Below, one piece after another: positions 58,565-64,000 of a DNA stretch of 64,000 nt. The DNA comes from Candidatus Latescibacterota bacterium. GTDB taxonomy: Bacteria > Latescibacterota > UBA2968 > UBA8231. The notes beneath the pieces are model-generated. The model was not told where the DNA came from, ran no database searches, and saw only the letters and a program-made list of their open reading frames with translations. Position 1 is the first letter of the stretch. Each line of letters starts with the position of its first letter. The translations under genes were made by a program, and so were the position numbers. The stretch lies in contig CBDCNM010000002.1 of NCBI GenBank assembly GCA_965219385.1, positions 3,916,305 through 3,980,304 on the forward strand, given 5' to 3'.

Positions 58565-59734
58565 CTAGGCATCCCAGCTGGCGATGAAGTCTTCGAGTTC
58601 GAAATCCTGCGGCATCTCTTCAAAGACATAGGGTATGGGCTCGGGCCCGGACTGGAAGCCGGGAATGTATTGTTCCGTCTCGGCCCGAAGTCTGGCATCC
58701 AGCGGGGCAAAGCGCTGGCTGAGGGTAGCGGCTTCTGCCGCTGAGAACCGGCCTATGACGTCGGAGTGTTTGAGCCGTGACAGCAACACGACGCACACCA
58801 TCCGTCCTTTCTCGCCGGGATGCAGCCTGGCGAGTTCGGCGCGGAAGGCCGGCGCATCCTTGTCGAGCATGGCGCGGAAGGCGGAGACAATCACCTCGGC
58901 CTCAAGGGCGTGTAGTTCGGCGAAGCGTTCGAACGCGGCCCGCGCTTCGGGGGACAGGTGTTTGGTGAACCCCAGGTCCCAGTAGAAGTTGTGGTTGTGG
59001 TAGGGGTAAATGGAGCCGCCAAAGGAGCGGTAGCCCAGATGAATGGTGCGCCGCAGCCGGGGGCTGTAATTGCTACCCCAGTGGAGGATGGCGTTTATAT
59101 AGACGACCCCGTCCCCTGCCTTCAACTCCACCGGGATGCCGCCCGGCAGGGGCTCGCGCGGATCCTCGATCAGCTGGCGGTTTTCCACCTCGGTGTTGGG
59201 GCGGCAATGGCTGCCGGGCACCACCCAGAGCACGTCGTCGTCGTAGAGCGGGATATTCCACTGCACGGTGCCGGTGCCGTTTTCCAGCATGTCCATCTGT
59301 AAGCCGCACAAAGGGGCCTCGCGACTGGGGTCGATATCGCGGTGCCAGGAGAAAAAATTCGGTGGCTTGTTTTTGTATTGCGCCGGCCCGTGGTCGCGCA
59401 CGGGGTTGCACATGAAGAACATGGCCGTGATCGCCGCCTCCGGCGCTTCCATCAACTGGCGGCTGATCCCCAGGGTGTTTTCGTGCAAGCAGAACTCCAC
59501 CGTGTGGGCGGTTTCTGCGTCGACGAGGTTGTTGAACACCAGCCGCGGCTGCGGGTGGGTCTCCCAGTTGCCGCCAGGCGGATCGTCGGGCCCGGCCTCG
59601 TCCGCCCAGATGGCTTTCTGGCGTTCGACCAGGACTTCAAAACCGGCGCGCAGTTCCTCCAGCCGTTCCGGAGGGATGACCTGCTGCAAAATGACGAAGC
59701 CATCGTCCAGGAGTTGTCGTGGGTTGACCTTCAT
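58565..59734 (-). CDS. PhyH family dioxygenase (third, distant)
   Basis: DDGFVIL; WHRD; LWVVPGSH; LKAGDGV...LHWGS. Confidence 0.85.
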   Translation of the reverse strand: MKVNPRQLLDDGFVILQQVIPPERLEELRAGFEVLVERQKAIWADEAGPDDPPGGNWETHPQPRLVFNNLVDAETAHTVEFCLHENTLGISRQLMEAPEAAITAMFFMCNPVRDHGPAQYKNKPPNFFSWHRDIDPSREAPLCGLQMDMLENGTGTVQWNIPLYDDDVLWVVPGSHCRPNTEVENRQLIEDPREPLPGGIPVELKAGDGVVYINAILHWGSNYSPRLRRTIHLGYRSFGGSIYPYHNHNFYWDLGFTKHLSPEARAAFERFAELHALEAEVIVSAFRAMLDKDAPAFRAELARLHPGEKGRMVCVVLLSRLKHSDVIGRFSAAEAATLSQRFAPLDARLRAETEQYIPGFQSGPEPIPYVFEEMPQDFELEDFIASWDA

Positions 59735-59951
59735 ACCAAGTGGTTTTTTCATTAATTTTATTGACTTAAGCAAAGCAACATGGGAGTTCGGGGAGTATAA
59801 TAGAATTATACTAAATGTAGTGCTTAGACTCAAGTTATTCTTTGTCGGTACTATCGGCAAAATATATGGATAATTTAGTTTTGGGGGTAAATATAATGAA
59901 AAAATTCAGAGAAAACAGGGGCAGGTGAGGATGTTGAACGCGATTTCGAGT

Positions 59952-59980
59952 TTGACTTGAGCCCCGGGCCTGTGTAAATT
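59952..59980 (+). promoter_or_regulatory. Candidate sigma70 promoter of the ABC ATPase
   Basis: TTGACT, 17-bp spacer, TAAATT, in an AT-rich divergent intergenic region. Confidence 0.45.
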
Positions 59981-60038
59981 GAGAAACTTTCTGGCAAATA
60001 CTAGTTGTATTAAATACAAAAATTAGGAAGAAGGGGCC

Positions 60039-60827
60039 ATGGCGACAAGCAATGGAAATGTCATAGTGGACGCTCAGGACGTGAAAATGGTGTACAATGC
60101 CAAAAATCGCGATGAGTCTACCCATGTCTACGCGCTGCGAGGACTGAGCGTGCAAGTCTACGAAAACGAGTTTTTTGCCATCATGGGGCCTTCGGGTTCG
60201 GGAAAGACGACCCTCTTTAATATGATTGGCGCACTGCAAACCCCCACATCCGGCGAGGTTTTGATCGAAGGGGTGAACCTGGCGAGCCTCAGTCCCCAGA
60301 AACTGGCGGCGGTGAGGTGTTTTGAAATGGGTTATATCTTCCAGACCTACAATTTATTGCCAGTGATGAGCGCCTTGCTGAATGTGTCTTTGCCCACTGT
60401 GTTTGCCGGCATGACTACCCAGGAGGGGGAAAAGCGGGCCATGGAGTGCCTGGAAATTGTCGGCCTGGGAGATCGGGTCCATCACCTGCCATCCGAATTG
60501 TCGGGTGGCCAGCAGCAGCGCGTGGCCATTGCCCGGGCTTTTGTCAACAAACCGCGCATCATCCTGGCCGACGAGCCCACCGGCAACCTGGACAGCAACA
60601 CGGGCCAGGAAATCATCAACTACATGAAGGAACTGCAGAATGAGATGGGTACGACCATCATCACGGTGACCCACGACGACAAGATGCTGACGGCAGCTGA
60701 ACGGGTTGCCTGGATCCGCGATGGGCAACTGGAACGCATTGCCGATCGGGATGAGGTGGAGATCCAGATGGGAAGCATCAAGGAACACGAGACAGAGGCC
60801 GATTCCTCTACTGGAAAGGAAGCATAA
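60039..60827 (+). CDS. ABC transporter ATP-binding protein (LolD/MacB-type)
   Basis: [37 protein letters not shown]. Confidence 0.95.
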   Translation: MATSNGNVIVDAQDVKMVYNAKNRDESTHVYALRGLSVQVYENEFFAIMGPSGSGKTTLFNMIGALQTPTSGEVLIEGVNLASLSPQKLAAVRCFEMGYIFQTYNLLPVMSALLNVSLPTVFAGMTTQEGEKRAMECLEIVGLGDRVHHLPSELSGGQQQRVAIARAFVNKPRIILADEPTGNLDSNTGQEIINYMKELQNEMGTTIITVTHDDKMLTAAERVAWIRDGQLERIADRDEVEIQMGSIKEHETEADSSTGKEA

Positions 60828-60863
60828 CTACTGCGCAAACCCCTGAGCAAGTAAAAAAGGCGC

Positions 60864-61829
60864 TTACCTGGCCTTGCCGGGCCGGTTGAGCGCTTTTTTA
60901 TTTTTGGTCGCCCCCTTTTCTCGCTGGAGACGCAGGCCCTCTTGGAGAAACAGGTCGCGGTTGTTAAACCCATTCACCAGGGTGAACCCCCCGTCCACGG
61001 CGATCAACTGGCCGGTCATGTAGGGGATCTGCGCGAAAGAGTAGGCCGCAGTGGCGATGTCCTCGGGGCGACCGATGCGCGGAATGACCTGTGAGCCGCC
61101 CATGGCCATCAGGCCGTAGGTTTCGGCCACGGTGTACTCATAGCCGCTTGCGGGATCCGCCACACCGGAGGGTCGGGAGGTGAGCGGGGTATCGATCACC
61201 CCGGGCCGCAGGGCATTCACCGTGATGTTGTGCGGTCCCCCTTCAAAGGCCGCTCCCAGGACCACGTGGTTGAGGGCGGCTTTGCTCACTCCGTAGGGGA
61301 TGCGGGTGGCTTCGGGGGCGATATCCGAGATGGAGGCGATGAAGAGAATGGTGCGGTGCCTGGCCTCCGAGCCTGCTTCCAGGTCCCTGGCAGCCTGTTC
61401 GATCATGTAGTGGAGGGCGCGCTGGGCCAGGCGATAGGCGCCCATGAGGTTCAGGTCGAGAACCCGAACCATCTCCTTGTCGAGGTGTTCGGTGGGGGCT
61501 TCGTGGAACCGGTAGCGCAGGAGGTTGCCGTCCTGGTCGCTGACGTAGTTGACCACCCCACTGTTGCTGATGGCCACATCGAGGCGGCCGAAGTGTTCGT
61601 AGGTCTGGTCCACCAGCCGGAAGGGGGCTTCGGGCTGGGATAAATCCGCTCCTATACTCAAGGTCTCCACGCCGTACTCCCGGCGCAGTTCCGCGGCAAT
61701 GCGGTCGGCTCGATCCCGGCCGGAATTGTAGTTGACCACCACGTCGTAACCCCGAGATGCGAACTGGCGGACAGTGGCTGCGCCAATACCGCTGCTGGAT
61801 CCGGTAACCAGACAGACTGGGTTGGACAT
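60864..61829 (-). CDS. SDR family oxidoreductase
   Basis: TGSSSGIG; YGVSK; YMTGQLIAVDGG. Confidence 0.9.
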   Translation of the reverse strand: MSNPVCLVTGSSSGIGAATVRQFASRGYDVVVNYNSGRDRADRIAAELRREYGVETLSIGADLSQPEAPFRLVDQTYEHFGRLDVAISNSGVVNYVSDQDGNLLRYRFHEAPTEHLDKEMVRVLDLNLMGAYRLAQRALHYMIEQAARDLEAGSEARHRTILFIASISDIAPEATRIPYGVSKAALNHVVLGAAFEGGPHNITVNALRPGVIDTPLTSRPSGVADPASGYEYTVAETYGLMAMGGSQVIPRIGRPEDIATAAYSFAQIPYMTGQLIAVDGGFTLVNGFNNRDLFLQEGLRLQREKGATKNKKALNRPGKAR

Positions 61830-61832
61830 GCA

Positions 61833-62813
61833 TCAACTCCTGAGCGAATGTACCACCTGGACAACGCCTTGCTCGTCGGGGATGGTCGGATACTCCAGGG
61901 ACGGGCTGAAAGGGACCGGCACATCCGCGGCCCCGATGCGGGCGACCGGAGCATCCAGGTAATCAAAGGCCTCTTCGGTGATCCTGGATGCGAGTTCGCC
62001 GGTTACGCCATAGCGTTTCACCCCCTCGTCCACGACCGCGGCATAGCCGGTTTTGCGCACCGACTCCAGCAGGGTCTTCTGGTCCAGAGGATAGAGCGTG
62101 CGGGGATCCACGACCTCGGCGCTGATACCCTCCTCCGCGAGTAGATCGGCGGCCTTCAGGGCCACACCCACCATGCTGGAGGTGGCGATGAGGGTGATAT
62201 CGTCGCCGGTGCGTTTGATCTCTGCCTGGCCAAAGGGGATGGTGTACTCGTCCTCGGCCACGGGTCCGGTTTCGGTGTACATCATCTTGTCTTCGAAGAA
62301 GAGCACGGGGTTGTCGTCGCGAATCGCGGTCTTCAACAAGCCCTTGGCATCGTGCGGGCAGGAAGGTATGGCCACCTTGAGGCCGGGAATATGGGAGAAG
62401 AGCGCGTGCAGGCTCTGGGAGTGCTGGGCGGCCGAGGAGCGGCCGGCCCCCATGCTCAGACGGATGGTCAGGGGCACTTTGCATTGCCCGCCCGACATGT
62501 AGCGGATCTTGGCGGCCTGGTTGACGATCTGTTCCATGGTGAGGAGGGAAAAATCACCAAACATCAGCTCGGTGATGGGGCGCATCCCGGTCATGGCGGC
62601 GCCCACGCCCAGACCTATGTACCCAGCCTCGGCAATGGGGGAATCAATAACGCGCTCCGGGCCGAATTCCTCCAATAAACCCTCGCTGCACTTGAAGATG
62701 CCGCCGGAGGCACCCACGTCTTCGCCGATGAGGAATACGGTCTCATCGCGTTGCATTTCTTCTCGCATGGCCTGGGCGATGGCCTCTCTGAAGCTTAGTT
62801 CCTGATCAGGCAT
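61833..62813 (-). CDS. TPP-dependent 2-oxoacid/acetoin dehydrogenase E1 beta subunit
   Basis: GEDVG..GG; DSPIAE; NQAAK.RYMSGG; AAQHSQS; AEVVDPRTL.P. Confidence 0.93.
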   Translation of the reverse strand: MPDQELSFREAIAQAMREEMQRDETVFLIGEDVGASGGIFKCSEGLLEEFGPERVIDSPIAEAGYIGLGVGAAMTGMRPITELMFGDFSLLTMEQIVNQAAKIRYMSGGQCKVPLTIRLSMGAGRSSAAQHSQSLHALFSHIPGLKVAIPSCPHDAKGLLKTAIRDDNPVLFFEDKMMYTETGPVAEDEYTIPFGQAEIKRTGDDITLIATSSMVGVALKAADLLAEEGISAEVVDPRTLYPLDQKTLLESVRKTGYAAVVDEGVKRYGVTGELASRITEEAFDYLDAPVARIGAADVPVPFSPSLEYPTIPDEQGVVQVVHSLRS

Positions 62814-63813
62814 ATAGATCCTCGTAGGCTTGTTCGGGTGGAGGCAGGGGGGAGTTCCGACCAAATTCGATGGCATCCAGGACCTCCTGCTCAATCTGCT
62901 CATACAGGGCATCGAGCTGGTCCTGTTCGGTTACCTGGTGCTGGCACATATAATCTCCCAGAAGCCTGATCGGATCCTTGTTCTCCATCCACCACTTTAC
63001 CTCGTCATCGGTGCGGTAGGCGCCGCCGTCACCTACGTGGTGTCCGCGGTAACGGTAGGTGAGGGCCTCGATAAGGGTGGGCCCCTTTCCCTGGCGGGCT
63101 TTTTCCACAGCGGCGGAAACCACCTGGTGGACCTGGAGTACATCCGACCCTTCGACCGTGATCCCCTCGAGTCCCATGCCGGCGGCGCGGTCGGCGATGC
63201 GCTCGATTCCGGTCACGCTCCGGTAGGGAGTATGCTCGCCGTACTGGTTGTTCTCGCACAGGTATATGGCCGGGAGATCCCAGATGACGGCCATGTTGAT
63301 GGTTTCGAGCATAATGCCCTGATTGGCGGCCCCATCGCCAAAGAAACAGACCGCTACCTGGCCGCTTTTGCGCATCTTGGCGGACAGAGCCGCTCCGGTG
63401 GCAATGCCAAAGCCGCCGCCTACAATGCCGTTGGCGCCGAGAATTCCCACGGATATATCGGCAATGTGCATGGAGCCACCCTTACCGCGACAATACCCTT
63501 CTTCCTTGCCCATGATCTCGGCCATCATGCGGTCGAGCTTGCCGCCTTTGGCAATGCAGTGGCCGTGGCCGCGGTGGGTGCTGGTGATGTAGTCGTCGCG
63601 ACCGAGGGCGGCGCAGGTCCCCACGGCTACGGCTTCTTCTCCTATATAAAGGTGGGCCAGACCTGGCATGAGCCCGCGGGTGTACACATCCCATACATGC
63701 TCCTCGAACAGACGGATTTCGGCCATTTTACGGTACATGAACCAGAGTTTATCCGCGTCTGGTCGAACCGCTTCTTTTGGTTGAACCGCTTCTTTTTTCT
63801 TCTTTTTTGCCAT
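62806..63813 (-). CDS. TPP-dependent 2-oxoacid/acetoin dehydrogenase E1 alpha subunit
   Basis: HLYIGEEA; STHRGHGH; GKGGSMH; FGDGA...ENNQY; TYRYRGH. Confidence 0.93.
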   Translation of the reverse strand: MAKKKKKEAVQPKEAVRPDADKLWFMYRKMAEIRLFEEHVWDVYTRGLMPGLAHLYIGEEAVAVGTCAALGRDDYITSTHRGHGHCIAKGGKLDRMMAEIMGKEEGYCRGKGGSMHIADISVGILGANGIVGGGFGIATGAALSAKMRKSGQVAVCFFGDGAANQGIMLETINMAVIWDLPAIYLCENNQYGEHTPYRSVTGIERIADRAAGMGLEGITVEGSDVLQVHQVVSAAVEKARQGKGPTLIEALTYRYRGHHVGDGGAYRTDDEVKWWMENKDPIRLLGDYMCQHQVTEQDQLDALYEQIEQEVLDAIEFGRNSPLPPPEQAYEDLYA

Positions 63814-63902
63814 GATCTACTCGGTTTGTAATAATGGGTTACAGGCAATGGGTAAAATTAAAATTAAAAAAGTAGTGATTGGATTGGAAGATAGTCAAGC
63901 AT

Positions 63903-63935
63903 AAAAGAGCCGGGACATCAAACGATGTCCCGGCT
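63903..63935 (-). terminator. Intrinsic terminator upstream of E1 alpha
   Basis: AGCCGGGACATC-AAAC-GATGTCCCGGCT hairpin with CTTTT on the minus strand. Confidence 0.7.
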
Positions 63936-64000
63936 GTCAGCTGATTGGTAAGAGCTTGATAACTAACTGGTTTTGAGGTGCTCGGCGTTCTCCTCTTTGT

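Overview
GC-rich bacterial DNA. The gene content suggests an FCB-group lineage such as Candidatus Latescibacterota (inference only). Family names are recalled from motifs; no search was run. (1) 1-9.6 kb: the tail of a polytopic membrane gene, a truncated IscB/HEARO-type omega-RNA-like scaffold, and three paralogous secreted proteins with a C-terminal FlgD-Ig/T9SS-CTD-like tail. One paralog has an IS5 in its promoter and a frameshift, one is decapitated by an IS3, and one is intact with a 204-bp MITE in its leader. (2) 9.6-33.4 kb: a ~24-kb co-directional envelope operon. It encodes a discoidin/FlgD protein, three paralogous ~900-1040 aa exported proteins with Asp-rich motifs and beta-barrel-like C-termini, a 1076-aa TPR protein, lipoproteins, a TonB-shaped DUF4159 protein, a CsgG/FlgT-like protein, ExbB plus two ExbD, and two OPT-like/DUF6785-like permeases. 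This is the best candidate for an undescribed proton-motive-force-driven transport or secretion machine. (3) 33.4-46.8 kb: a rearranged, decaying region with duplicated PhyH modules, a heparinase II/III-like gene plus a dead 5' copy, a frameshifted signal-peptide WD40-caspase, an attC-like site, an IS903-like element with A:T>C:G-biased decay, and several deletion scars. (4) 46.8-64 kb: catabolic and redox enzymes (AKR, PHP-like hydrolase, two aminotransferases, SDRs, amidohydrolase, Gfo/Idh/MocA, LLM oxidoreductase, EutQ-like cupin, UxuA-like dehydratase, PhyH, a lone ABC ATPase, and TPP-dependent E1 alpha/beta). No rRNA, tRNA or CRISPR array was seen.
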